The notes beneath the pieces are model-generated. The model saw only the letters and a program-made list of their open reading frames with translations. It was not told the origin of the DNA and made no database searches. Made by a program: the position numbers and the translations under genes. Of a DNA stretch of 64,000 nucleotides, positions 12,490 to 26,395 are shown in pieces. Source of the DNA: Pelomyxa schiedti (taxonomy: Eukaryota; Protista; Evosea); NCBI GenBank assembly GCA_020536535.1, contig JAHLWZ010000470.1, forward strand, positions 62,084-126,083, given 5' to 3'. Each line of letters starts with the position of its first letter. Within the stretch, counting starts at the first letter, position 1.

Positions 12490-13647
12490 ATGTACTACGA
12501 GTATAATACCGATGAAGAGCAATCGGCACGTAGGGGACTGATCGAATCTAGCTCCGTAAATAGTTCTTCCGACAGTAGTAGCAGTTGTAGTACTACCAGC
12601 AGTGAAGACGACTCGTGCGCGACTGCCATATCGCCCCAGGTTTCGGATTGGTAACACAACTTTTCTTTTTTTCGAGTTTTTCTTCCCCGTACTTACGCAA
12701 AACAGCGATTATACGTTTAAAATACTTATTATTGGTGACTGTGGTGTCGGCAAAAGTAACTATATCCCTTCCACAAAAAAAAAAAAAAAACACCAAATGG
12801 AATGGGGTGGGGCACAAAGGGGGATACGGGTCTTGTAACTTCATCTCAAGGTTGCCTTTTGCTGAAATTCACTGAAGATAGGTTCACTAACACCTTTGTA
12901 TCCACCATCGGCGCTGATTATGTATAATCCCCTTTTTTGTCAATTCTGTCCCAACTTTTTTTCTTTAGAAATCCCGCACCGTTCAATGTAATTCCAAGAA
13001 AATACAACTGGACATAGTAATTTTTGCACTTATTTCTTAAGTTTGACACTGACTTATCAAATAGTGGGATACTGCCGGTCAAGAAAGATTCCAAACCATT
13101 ACGAGTTCATGTAACCTGTCAAAGTCCATTTCCTATGCGTAACTTTCTTGGACAGTTTATCGGGGTGGTCACGGAATTCTTATTGTGTACGACGTCAACG
13201 ATGTCGTGTCTTTCAACAATGTACAGCAGTGGTTGCAAGAAACCGACAGATATTCTGCTGCAAACGTCAGCAAAATGCTGATTGGTAACAAAGTAGATTT
13301 CCTCTAATTTATGGCCTGTCTTTTCCTCACACTGTATCATAAGAACGACCTCTCATCGAAGGGGGCAGTAAAATATCACACTGCTAAAGAATTGGCTGAT
13401 GGTCGAGGAATTCCATTCATGTAAGACTCCAGCTCCGGAAAATAACCATCCAAAATTCACTCTCACTCCCAGGGAAACTTCCGCTAAGACCGGAACCAAT
13501 GTACAACAGGCATTCATGAAACTCACCCAAACCATCCTCTCAAACCTGGAAAATCCCACACCCCACAAGACTGCACCGGTGGTGGTAAGGAGATCAACAC
13601 CACCACCAGCACAACCAAGAAGACACTGCTGCAGTAGTGCCTTCTAA
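12490..13647 (+). CDS. Rab1-like small GTPase with Ser-rich N-terminal extension
   Basis: [56 protein letters not shown], and C-terminal CCSSAF prenylation cysteines. Confidence 0.92.
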
Positions 13648-13866
13648 GCCACTCACAACAACCGGAAATTTTTTGTACTCATGATGCAACTATACTGTAA
13701 AAATAAAAAAGGTTTTTCCCCATCTCGATGTGTTTGTTTTGATAACGTTTGTGCATTATTGAAAGTTAGGGTATTGTTTCCTTTGTATTCTACACTACAA
13801 TAGTATACAGATTATGATGCATTTGTAAGCTCCCTCAAAGAGGTTGGTGTATTTGAGGGCCACTTC

Positions 13867-16800
13867 TCACATGACCCACTGACGAATATCTGATTCAAGT
13901 CCGGAAGTGGCCTTTTTGCTTGTTCCGATTTGGGTTCCATTCTGGTTTGTTGTTAACAGGATAAACTGTAAAGATTTGTCATACAGAAGGAAGCATTCGA
14001 CTTCCCCTTTGCCTTTGATTTGAACTGGTCCTCTGGACTCGAATTTGTAGCCTCTTTGTGTTAGGAAGTCCTTGGTTTTTTCCCCCACTTGTATTCTATC
14101 AGGCACACCGGAACTCTCCAACCTTTTCGGGAAGTTAATAGAGACCAAAAGGGGAAAACAATGGCTATACCGGGATGCGAAGTTGACAGCATCACCCCAG
14201 AGGTCTGATTTGAGTTACGGAATAAATTACACTAATTTTGAAGAAAGGTGTATACCAAAGGCCCATTTCTTCTTGCCAATTACACCAGCAACTACTGGTC
14301 CAGTGTTGATCCCTACTCTTATCCGCAACTCTTTACCGTGTGCAGCGTTATATTTTCCGAGGATATGAAACATTGCTATTGTCAGTTCAAGTATGTCTTC
14401 TGCGTGGGTGCTGGATTCTTCTGGCATTCCACCAGTCACCATGTAACTAGTTCACGTCAAAATTTGTGAATGGCAAGAGTGTGCTCACCAGTCCCCAATG
14501 GTTTTTATTTTTTCTACATGATAATAGTCAATCACAGAGTCCCAGGCCGAGAAAAGAGAATTGAGCATGCTGACCAGCTCCCACGGACGCATCTTGGATG
14601 CTAAAGGAGTGAACCTAGAAGGGGATTGTAAGAAGGTAGGAAAACGGTGGAACAAGTACTCGACGATATCTGCAAAGGCAACAGTGACGTGTTTGTATTT
14701 TTCTGCAATCAACTTCTCTGGATTCATTTCAAGTTTCTCTTTTATCATCTTCGGCAGGATATTGACTAGTAAAGCATCAGTGCGCCTCTTTTGTTCCTCG
14801 ATAATTGCTTCTTGAGTCTTAAGGTTACTGATATCCTTGAGGAACATGGCAACTGTGGCCGCTGAAAAATTGTTGACTAAAGTGAGTATGTATGGCTTCG
14901 GGCACACCATCCTTAGATACAACTTCAGAAACAGAAAGTAATACAGGAATTTCTTTGCCATCTGCGAAGTATGTTGGTCACAAACCACTACGTCCAGAGT
15001 AAATACCCGTATGTGAAATAATCAGTTCCGTGTTGTTGATTGAAGGAAGTGAGCCATTAGTTGGATCGACTGTTTGCCCAGGGTCCATAAGCATTTCCAT
15101 CCTGACACTGAATGGCCGCATAACCTTGTCGGGTAGAATTAGACTTGCATGATGTCCCAAAACATCTTCTGTAGCACGACCAAAGAGGCTTTCTGCACTG
15201 GGGTTGAATGACTCGATGGTACCCCTACAAATGGTGAGTGTTTCTACTTCTCAGAACATTACCTCTCATTTAAAACAATCACGGCATCCTTGGAGCCATC
15301 AAGGAGCAACCTTGTTTTCTTCTCTTGCTCTTCCTGGTCTGAGTAAGTATTACATATTAATTGAGAGGGAAATACTGCTGCTGCTTTTACAACACCAGTG
15401 CTGGCAGAACCAGTCTCAAGAAACCGATTGATGATATCAGTTCCCTGAATAATGTTCAATGGCAGAGTCATTAAAATCTTGAGAGTTCTTTGCCATCAGG
15501 TGAGTTTATGGGCATGTGAATAATATAACTACTTGGTATGCTCAATGTTCAACCGCCCAAGTAAAGAATTAAAGACCCAGTAAAAACCAACTGTAATAGG
15601 AACACTGCGGAGCGATGAGCATTATATTTTCGAGAATAGGATAGAAACCTCAAACCCAATATTATTTTAAAGAGAACTACCGAAGTGGAGAGAGTCAGTG
15701 TGGCCTCCTCTGTATGAAATGTCAGAATGCAACAAACAAACAAAAAACATACCCACAAAAATGTCAATGAGTTCGCCACACCAACCGAAAAGTGTTGGTG
15801 CAACAGTAACAGGAATAACATAGAACTCACTTGTCCAAGTTCGATTCCTTAATTTGGATTACTAGGGATATTAATCCGACAAAATGGAATGGTACTCTGG
15901 GGGAAGGTGACTGAAAGCCCACAAGTTATCAACAAAAATGTGAAGCATGGATTCCAACCCAGTGCAGTAGATTGAAGAATTGGCAAAAGTGGGACAAGAT
16001 CGGTAGTACAGAAGGTCCCATGCTTTATTCTGCTTGTAGATCTCACTGCAGAAGGGCACTGAGGGGAAGAAGTAAAAGATTCGTGCAAATACCCAGAGGA
16101 GTACCGCAGCTGATCGTAATAGTAACGGTACTGCTCAACATAAAACGCGAAGGTGGTATTAATCTGGCTCCAGGTCAAAAAGGTTTATTGGTTGGCTATC
16201 TTTACCTCATTACCAGGCCAGGTGACAGTATCGTCCCAAATCATTTCAGACGACATGTACAGCATTCCCTGTGCACGCTGAATCATAGTCTGGCCAGTGT
16301 CAATAGAAACATCTAGGACATATAAGCGTGAATAAGTACATTTGGCAATAAACCTTTTCCCCGTTGAGTTCTCGTAAAAACAAGCACAATCAGTACCATC
16401 AGCAAAAAAATTGTGGTCAGTGTGCCAAATGCACAGATGAAGGCAATTCGTAATTTCGTGATGATACTCATCTACCACACATAAGAAATTCTTCCTTACG
16501 AGACATGTTTCACCTCTCTATCACCTAAATCTACATGCGCAGCCGAAAAATCGTTGTCATCACCTGCTGTGACCTTACCAAGCATATTTATCGCTGTGGT
16601 CTGTTTATTGTAATGAGTTTTCTCATCGGTTTAGGGAGATTACCTTGGGAAGCTCTCGGAAAAGTGAAATTGTTGACTTCATCAGTCAGCCAATTCACAA
16701 CAATAAGAGAAACAAAAACCTGTCTTTCCTTTCGTAATGTATAGTCACTTGAAAGATAGAGGAGTAAAACAAGGCAAACGCTGTACACCAAAGCAATTGG

Positions 16801-19800
16801 AAGAACTACTCGATGGTTATCGAGGAAGTAATAAAGTCGAAACACACAAATGTAAACTTGCGTAAATAAACGAGAAAACTGTGACAGGTTTATAACCCTC
16901 TGAGATGTGGCAAGTGAAAGCCTTAAGAAGTCAGAAGAGGCAACCAATACCAGAGTTTTACATAGGTTCCACAAGAGCCTGAAAAACATTGTCCAAAAGA
17001 AAACGGAATCCAAGTGTGTAAAAAAAGTCTGCTTTCAGAGTGTTGTTGACTTCACAGTGGGTGTTAGGAATGATTAATTATGTTGGTATATACCAATAAA
17101 ACCAATAAGGTCTTCTGCATAAGCCAACGCCTCTGTTGTAGCTTTGTACAGAGTTTCGTTTCTATACTCAAACCAATTTGCAGGGTCTGGATCGACTTGT
17201 GTCCTGTTATTTTTCACACTTAGGTTTAAGAAAATCAATTAGTAACGCACCCCAAGTAGTATTTAATGGTGAGGTCTCCTGTTTCCCAAAAAGCTCTTTC
17301 TGCTTTTGTTTTTGAACTCGATGTGAGGGACTGGTCAAAAGCTGTGCGGGTGGTATTGATCAACAAGGGAAGAGATTCCTTCAGTTGGTCTGTGGAACGA
17401 TATGTGTCCACATCATGCGCTTCAATGCCAAGAAGTCTCAAAGAATCCAAAATGGACGTTAAATCGATAATGGCATCATCTTGGAGATAATGAGTAGTGC
17501 ACAAGGGTACTCAGAATCAGCATACTGGAATATGTGATGGCCTTTGTATATTCGATGAGCTTATTACACGAAACTGCAACCAAGGAGAAAAGGACAATAA
17601 TATTTACTAGTCCCACCAGAAGAGCCACTGAAAGGCTCATTCTCATACGCCGGATGGGCCAAGATCTGAAAAAAAAAAGTGAGAATAGGAAAAGGGAACT
17701 TCAAAAGTACTTGGTCGACTCTACTCTTTGTCTATACTGCATGATAGTGCTACGCTCAGCAGTGGAAGGGGAGGATGACGCGCTACTGAAGTCAGAAACT
17801 TCTGAGCTTGTACTAGATCTTCGACTACACGTGGAACCTCGAGGGGAGAGTGCAGCTTCAGTGCCTACAGCCGCAGACTCTACAGGTTCTTCTGCAAAGC
17901 GAAGTTGTGGCCTGGATTAAGTGATACTCCATTAGCTGGAAGATAAAGAAAGAAGAGGGCAGACTTTGCCGCGGTCTGCTTTTGCTTGCCGCGGTTCTCA
18001 TACTCTTCTGCAAGTTGCAACAATACTTCTGCTTCCTCCTTGTCATCTTTGATATCTTGTAGGAAGTTCGCTAGGTTTCGCAAACACTGCGGAGAGCGTG
18101 GGCTATCTCGTCTATAGGAAAAGGGTAGTGCTCAAGATAACAGAAATTCAACCTACAATAACTTTCTATACATGGCTTCTGCAGCAGTTTCATGCTTGTG
18201 TATGGTGGATACAATAGAAAGTAATTTATCTGTATTAAGATTTTGCTTGGCCCTTGTGAGTTGCAACCAAAACGCTGCCAGAGCTTTCTTTGTGGTTCTT
18301 GGGGAAAATCAAAAAACAAATAACAGAAAAAAGTGGAAAACCTGACGTGGCGGCGTGCCATTTCAAGGTCTAATTGCCTTTCCTCATGAGACACACTTTC
18401 CCCCCTTCGTGTACTTATGCAGTATCTTACATATTGAATATCAAAAGAAGTCGAAGAATCTCGTCGGACTCCATTGAGCTTCAAAGGTATTAGAGATGGA
18501 GGCCCATAAAAAGGAAGAGTAATTGAAGTGGGTAGAGCCTAAGTCAACCTTGGCAATTGCTTCAGAATAGTTCAGTTTCTTCTCAACTAGAAAGATGGAA
18601 TACATTATCGTTAAATATGGATTTTCAGGGAACTCCCTTGAGTGGTGTCAGTTTGTGGCAAAGGAAAGAAAATATGTACTTAAAGCCGGTCTGGAAAATT
18701 TCTTCAACTTTTTGTACATCTTGGGCAGAAGTACTAGGTTTGGTGTAAATGAATCTTGGAGGAGTTAGCCAGTTCGTTTTTCACAAGTGATATTTCTTTC
18801 TTACCGGGTTTGCATTTCACATTGAAAAGGATAGCGATAGTTTAGTCCTGGCTTAATGAACAGGGGTCGAATTTTCAATACAAACATTCGAACCTGCCAG
18901 TAGTGTCAATAAAGTAGATGCAAGAATCGGAGAATAACCTTGAGAAGTGGCACACCAAGAAGTAAACCCAGGAAGAAGAAAGCAAGAGAGATTATCCACC
19001 AAGGAACAGATGTATGGCTAGTCCATGCAGGGTAGATTAAAGTTGATGCCAAAGTTAACCCTGTATAACTCATAGCAATACATAAATTTACGTATTTGCT
19101 ATAGTATCCCTAAGCTCTACTTTAGTAGAGTACTGGTTGCCCGACTTAGCATACCAAAAACAGGACTTGGCCAGACAGAAGTAAGAAGAAAGTAACCAAT
19201 ACAATGGCGGGATGAGCAACAGAAATGGAATAGGTTTCAAAAAATGAACAGAGGTCAGAGGCAAGAAAAATGTCTGATAAAAGCAATGTCATCTTCGCTG
19301 CCCATAACCCAACACGCAGACGGGAATTAGGCATTGATAAAGTGGAGTCACTTGGGCGGAAGTCATTACAGCTACAATGCCGTATTAGAAACTTAAACTT
19401 AACACTGTCGAGTTGGGAGGCATACAATAGATATGACATAAAGGAGTCCAAGAATAAAAGTACAAAACAAAGGCACCCAACAGCTATAGTCCAAATATCA
19501 GCCTCTCCCACTTTAATCAGTGGGTGCAGCAACATATAACCCATAGGCAGAAGCAAAGCAGGGCATATAACATTAGCAAGCCGCAGTACCACAAACAGCT
19601 TCCGCCACCCTGTGCACCATAAAGCGTTAATTTTGATTCTCACAGTTCCAACAAAACACTTAGACACCTAAATTCCCCGACAGTACGAACCGCGCCTGAA
19701 ACAGCAGAGCCGCTACGTGCAGAGCCACAAGCGCAGCCGCGATGCACAGCGCGGCGACGCACGATGTGCCGGGCACGGCGGCCGAGGCCACCGGGTCCCG

Positions 19801-20295
19801 GAAGTGCCTGAGTACGAAGGCAGCTCGCACGGCGTTGTCGGGCGAGGCCCCGCCGTTGCGCGAGAAGATGAAGCGGTCGTCGAACGCGAAGGTGAAGAGC
19901 TGGAACAGCTCGAAGAGCAGAAGCGGGATCCGGAGTTTCTCCAGGTCGCGGCGTTTCCATGATTGGTAGCAGACGAAAGACACAATGTCGGTGAGCTTGT
20001 TCGAGGCGCCGGTGAGAGACACGTAGGCCGTGCTCGACGACGCCGTCTGCGAAGACGACGCGTTCCCCCACGGGTCTGCCTCGTCGCCCAGGGGTTGTGG
20101 CTGAGGAGATTTTATCAGGCTGCTTGGTGGGAGCTGCCCTGTTGTTGCAGTTGCTGTGGCCGCTGCGTCTGTGGCGGCCCCGGAGTCGTAGATTGGCTCC
20201 ATCCCTGGTGATCCGGACTGTACAATGACGCCGTGGTGGGCGTTTTCTCCCACGTCCACATAGTTGCTGTCGTCTTCTGGGGAAATCCTACTCAT
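13867..20295 (-). CDS. Large multi-transmembrane, PAS-domain class III adenylate cyclase (protist TmcB-like N-terminus)
   Basis: Cyclase core: VTVAFADIV, EKIKTIGD(C)YM, RVGINTGPVVAGVIG, FDLWGDAVNFASRLESSG. The K/D specificity pair indicates ATP as substrate. PAS: LLDGSKDAVIVLNE...IESFNPSAESLFG. Many hydrophobic exons lie upstream. Confidence 0.88.
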
Positions 20296-20622
20296 ACAGT
20301 ATTTGAGAGTTGTGTGGTAGTAGAGGTGGTTGTTTGCTTGGTTTTTTTTATTTTCTGATTTTTTTTCTGTGATCTTTCGAACCGTGAGAGAAGTTTCGTC
20401 TGCCTGCTGAGAACGTTGAACTATGCTACTTGGCGGAACGTTTTCGTTGATCAATTGATTTTGACCTAGGTATCGGAATACGCGTTAACGCGTTTTCCTA
20501 TAACAAGTTTCGCCGATCTCCAATTTTCGTACACGTCCGTTAGTGGCAGGAGGGACAATCTCGGAATTCGCCGTGGATTCCAATGGACATAAAAGGGGAA
20601 CTGGAATGGCCGGGTGCCAAAA

Positions 20623-22076
20623 TCACTCTGCAGTGCATTTGCTAAGGAGGGAGAAGTCCACGCAGTAACCGTTGCCTCTCTGGGTGACCATGTCGGAGAA
20701 TGTTGCGTTCCAGACAATCTCGTGTTCTTGTGCGAGATAGCTCCTTTTTCCCAGGTTTTATTCTTGTGTTGGGAGGGAGAAAGTTACCAGCGGCACTAAG
20801 TGATGTCAATGGCGAGATTACGGGGAAGGGCCGCGTACTTGAACAACTCCACTACAAGCCTCGTCCACACCTAATCAAAGTAGGATTTTTAGTCTCAAAG
20901 ACACCAATTAATGTACTGTACCTTCAAGGATAGCCACAATTTCAGCCCCTCTCTGTTCCAGTGATTGTGGAGTCGCATTGTACAGAGGACTGTCTCCTGT
21001 ACTTGTTTTTACGGGAATGTTCAAGTTACGTGGAAGAGACTGTTCATCAAGTGAACGATGGTCCAAGGTAGCGGTAAGTGGGGGGATATGTTAGTCCCAA
21101 GTCCCAGCTGGTCATTAATATCTATATTCATTTTAGTCTATTACTTCTGAGCTTTAGTGAGGTAACCGAATTTCAGTTGGTGCATCCTGAATACATGTCG
21201 ACTGTCACTCAAGCCGGGCTCGCGTCCGTCAGGGGTTTCTTTCTGAAGAAGTAGCAAGGTGAATTCAGGTACACACAGCTGTGATTTTCGCATGCTACAA
21301 ACACGAAGAACCAGCCTTGGATACTCTTCATAACTCGGCCGTGTAACTTTTGTTGTTCCTTGGAGTGAATGCAATGCACTAGTGGAACTTGACTCAGAAG
21401 TAATCATGGTCTGATGTTGCGACTCAAGTTCACTTCTTCCATTTGCCCTTGCGGCTTGAAAATAGGTCTGCTTGAAGGAAACCACAGCAACATCAGAGAA
21501 AACGAACTCACGTGCAATGCGAGACGGGCGGGATATCTTGGCAAAGACACAACCAGTAAGCACAGCAGTAAACAAGGTACTGAAATATGCTTCAACTGTA
21601 GCAACTGCGTTTACGTAAGGGGAAAGTGGACTCCACAGCCCAAAGCCAATGGTCTCCCATGTCTGAACTTGATTGACGAAACTGTTAGACCCAGCCCCAA
21701 AAAAAGGATTGTTTGTTTTTGGGTGAATTTACCTGAAAAGAAAAAACAGTCACGGTAACCTGCCACACCACTATGATTGACCATATTCACAATGCCTTGC
21801 GTATCCCAATAAAATAACAGTGCGAAAAGCAGATTCATGCCAAGGTATAAGACACTAACACCCACCAAAAGTTTCCACCATGTAAAGTCCAACCTGGCGA
21901 GGATGGATTACTCTCCTTACTAAAAGGGAAAGAGATTCACACAAGACATGATATAAATCGGAGAACGCTGACTTGAAGCCACGTGAGGCAACACCGACGC
22001 GAGTAATTTGCAGTTTATGAGGTTTATGCCGAGATACAAGTCTATGCACCACGTAACCATGTGGATCTCGATCCAT
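20623..22076 (-). CDS. Inward-rectifier K+ channel, KirBac-like
   Basis: Slide helix SDLYHVL, TM1 WWKLLVGVSVLYLGMNLLFALLF, pore CFFFS/VQTWETIGFG, TM2 TGCVFAKISRP, FVFSDVAVV, cytoplasmic DSPLY...AEIVAILEG and EIVWNATFSD. Confidence 0.9.
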
Positions 22077-22297
22077 TGCCTGGCTGTATGTATATATTAA
22101 GTTTGTATTATGGAAAAATGAAGGCAAACTTCGGCAGGGAACCACATGCCAAACTTCAACGCAGATCTGTATCCCAAAATCGGGTGTCGCACAACAGCCG
22201 ACAAGAAACCCCGCAGGTACTAGCCCGATCGGATTTTCATTTCGTTGTGAACTTGTGTGTGTTTTCTTCTTGGGATTCCCAGAAGAACGCTTCACTC

Positions 22298-23978
22298 ATG
22301 AGCAGCCAGCCCAACGCGCAAGTTGCTGCAGATGCGAGGGTGCACCACGACGACGACTTGTCATGGAAGACGGCTGTGGCAGCTCTTAGGCCGACGGTGC
22401 GGTCGTCCCTGTTCCCCGGGAAGTACGTGCAGGGACCGGGGGCCCTCGCCCGCGCGCCCGAGCTGATCGCGTCGCTGCTGCCTGAGGGGGCGCGCGCCAA
22501 GGCTTACCTTATGTGGAACAAGCGGACTCACGTCAAGGAGATCTTGGAGTCGAACCACGTCGAATGTGTGGCCAATTGTCTGGAGGGCGAAAACACCTCC
22601 GCGACGGTCCTGGAACACGTGGCAATCTCGAAGTACCCTTAGCTCCCCTCCCATTCCTTGTATATATACCCCAAGTTACAAATATACATACCACAAGGCG
22701 CAGTGCTTGCAATGTACTTGTGGGAGTTGGAGGAGGAAAGCTTATCGATTGCGCAAAGGCTATCGCTCACTACTGTGACATCCCTTGCGTCATCTGTCCC
22801 ACAATTGCATCCACTGATGCACCATGTTCTGCACTATCTATAATCTACGATAGGAACGGAACGGTGGACTGTCCTTTATCCCAACAACCACTTATTTACT
22901 AAAGCCTGTGTGCAGGTGGAAAGCATACTTCATCTGCGACGTAACCCAGATATAGTCATTGTAAGAACGTGTTTATTCTCCTTAACTGAACTAAGCAAAA
23001 CAACACAGGTTGACACTGAGGTCATCGTTATGGCTCCTCCAAAAACTCTTGTTGCTGGCATTGGGGATGCGTTGGCCACTTGGTTTGAAGCTGAGAGTTG
23101 CATGGTAAAACAGGCTCCAAACTGTGGTTGGTTTATCAGACCCTTTCATTCAAGTAGCTTTAACTGCCCATAGGTCCTGGTGGGTTAAGAGGAACTCTTA
23201 CAGCGTATACTCTTGCCCGATGCTGTTACAAAACCCTTCTCAAATATGCAGTTGCTGCTGTCGAATCGAATAAAAGACATGTTGATTTCTTTCTAAACTC
23301 AGCTGCACCTCATCGAAATGCAGGAAATAACCAGAATTTGAGTGCATTGTTGAAGCAAATACTCTTCTTTCAGGGTTGGGTTTTGAGAGTGCTGGACTTG
23401 CCACTGCCCATGCCATCCATAATGGACTCTCGGTACTTAGTGCAAGCTTCCCGCATAACGATGCGTGAGTGTGTTGAATTTTTTTGCGGAATCCCTGACA
23501 TTTCAAAGCCCAATGCATGGCCAAAAAGTTGCTATTGGACTTCTTGCCTCTATGTTCCTCACAAACAAGCCACCCACGAAGATAGATCAGATATCCTCCA
23601 ATTGAATTCAACTCTTCAACTTCTGATTTATTATGAACTCCTTAACTGTTTCCATATATATGCCTTCTGTGAATCCGTAGGGCTTCCAACAACCCTTGCA
23701 GATATCGGTCTGCCACCTCTAACAAATGAACAACTACAAGCTGTTGCCAATAAGGTATCCATATTCAGTACTCTCTTCTTCTAAATCACACGGCAAGACA
23801 TGTTTGAAGACAAGTTCGTCTCAGGAATCTATATGGAATGAACCCTACACAGTTAACCCTCAGGTGGTTATAGACTGTATCAAACGTGCAGGTTCCTTTT
23901 TCAAAAGCACTTCATTTTTTTAACTACTCTCAAGATGCTCATGGTAGAGCCCGGAAATCCACAACAAATTCTTTCTAA
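22298..23978 (+). CDS. gldA: Glycerol dehydrogenase (bacterial GldA-type, family III metal-dependent)
   Basis: [94 protein letters not shown]. Confidence 0.95.
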
Positions 23979-24074
23979 AAGGGGAAAAAACTTCCGGCAT
24001 AGTATTGCTTTTATCCTTTCTATTGTAATGCCTTGGTGTTACATGTGCTAGGCGGTATAGGTGAAACGTATAAG

Positions 24075-26224
24075 TTACAGGCACATAGAAATGCATGAAG
24101 TTTGATAGGACTCATAGGCCAGAGCATATGCGAAGTTAGTTACTACATTGACTGTTTGTGCCATTCCCGACATTGTCCAAGAGGGATCATATGCATCACA
24201 AACCTGGTGGTAACACCCAAATAATTCTGGCACAACAACAGTGTAGAAGTAGGAACTTGGTTGGTTTTCATATTCAGTGCCTGCATTGGGAGTGATTTTT
24301 CAGTCATATGAAGAGCTAATTACCAAAAGAAGTCATCACACTCGGTACTCCTTGTTTGGCAAAGCTGAAGTGGTCACTGTGGTAGTACATAGAAGGATCA
24401 ATGGGAGACTCCTTGAAAAACATTTCCTCCTGTTCTGCTGCCCAGGTGAAGAGCTCCGCGAGGTTGTTTCTTGTTGTGCCTATTACGGCAAAGTCCGCAG
24501 TGAGGCCCCATAAATTGCCACCATCCAAGCTAATAGCAGCTACAAGATTGTCAACAGATATCCCTTCCGGCAGGTGGGTTACAAAGTATTCAGAACCGAG
24601 AAGGCCCAACTCTTCAGCAGTGGGGAAAAGGAATATCACCCCGCGGTTGCGTTCATCTCTGAGAGAATTTAGAGTTGCGTACGAGATTGTTGTTCTTACA
24701 GTACGGTCTCAGAAAAGGCGTATGCAATTGATAGCAATGTACTGCAACCAGCGCCGTTGTCAATTGCGCTTGGGTAAACTACACCGTTGACTATTCCCAT
24801 CCCATCAATATGGGCCACCAGTACGACGTATTCGTCACTTCGACCCTCCAAAATTCCAATCACATTCGTTGCAGTGTAAGAGTAGGAATCTTCATTTGAG
24901 GTGAAAGGAGAAGCCGGGCAGAATTCCTTTACCAAAAGTGACACTTGCAGAAACAGTGGCAGGAAGAGTCTGGGGGACCTCACCAGAGTTGGCATCATTA
25001 TACCACTGGTCAAGTGATGTCCCACAAAGAGTTGCTAGCTCTGCAGTTCTATTTTCTGCCATCTAGCTGAAATTAAATCAAAGGTTTTTGTTTGGGTAGG
25101 CTGTGAAGCATACCCATCCAAGAAGTGAAACACCACTGACAACAGAAAGTCTTGAATATGAAGTTCCAAAATCACTTTCTACATTGCTCCACTCCTCAAT
25201 AGTGGGTTCGTCCACAACGAAAATTGCTTTGGCTTTTTGTCTTCCTGCTTCTTCAACTCTGTAACATTGGAATGAGCCCTGTCTTTGTAGAAGGATTTGA
25301 TACTTGTAATCCCAAAGGGAGTAGTATAGATAGCTTTGATTTGTCCACAATCCTGCTGTTGGTTGCCCCAGAAGGGCAATGACCACTTTTCCCTCCACAT
25401 TCATAGAATAGTCATTCCAACCCATCTCAGGTGCCACAATACCATAGCCAACAAATACAACATCTACAAAACGAATGTGTACTTGTAAACAAAAAAAAAA
25501 AAAAAAAAGGAAGAAAGAAAGAGATTACTTGCAGATGATATATCAACCAGGGTGGAGTCTGTCATTTCAACTTGTGTTGTAGCCAAGTACTCATTATACC
25601 AGCTAAAGGATAACTGCCAAGTCCCACTGGTACCCTCAAACAGCATTGCTGTTTGTAAAGTTGGTGTCACTTCCTTGAAAATGACTCATTCTTTTTTTTG
25701 AGGGGAAAGTAATAGTAATCTAATAAGATTGTGAGAACCAAACCTGAAGAGGGACATCTTGGTAGTAGGAGCCATTGAAACCCCCAGGGGCAATTTCCCA
25801 CTGAGCAAGTTGAGATTCCACATACAACTCTGCCAAGGACTCTCCCCTGCTCCCTGCTCCCCTTCCCTCCATTGATTCATCAGACAGGTGCATCAAATTT
25901 GCTCTTATCTAGTTCGAAAAGCTATCTATCAGTCCAACGTTTACATGTTTGTTTTTTGTAACTGCCCAGTTGCCATAAGTTGCGTTTGGGTATTCGTTTT
26001 GTTTGTTTATGCGGATTGCAGCGATGAGTGTGGCAGGGCTGGTAACAACAACAGACCATCGTCTCAGAGACTGTGTCAGTTACGTCCGTGGGCGGCTCCT
26101 CGGGCTGGTTGTTGTCGTCCACGTACCTCTCGATGTCGATGGCCAGCATGGCCACAATCAGCCCACCAAACGCCAGCATCAGCGCCGCGAACCCCACTTT
26201 GAGCAACAACGCCCTCCCCTTCAT
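24075..26224 (-). CDS. M28 family metallopeptidase with PA domain and N-terminal membrane anchor
   Basis: PA insert: VFVGYGIVAPEMGWNDY...VEGKVVI. Zn and catalytic motifs: VAHID, AIDNGAG, TAEELGLLGS, LDG, SDHFSFA, YHQ. N-terminal hydrophobic helix. Confidence 0.9.
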
Positions 26225-26395
26225 CCTGTTGACTGTGTGTAGTGCCGGGAATGGCCTTGGAGGGGTGTTTCTTCTGAAATGACGAAATGAAACGCGTTTG
26301 TTTTTTCCGTGTCGTTTTCCTCAGATACGGAATAGATCAAGATTTGGGCTGGTGTTGGGGTGATGTGTACAAAGTTTTTAGAAGGGTGTGGGTTC

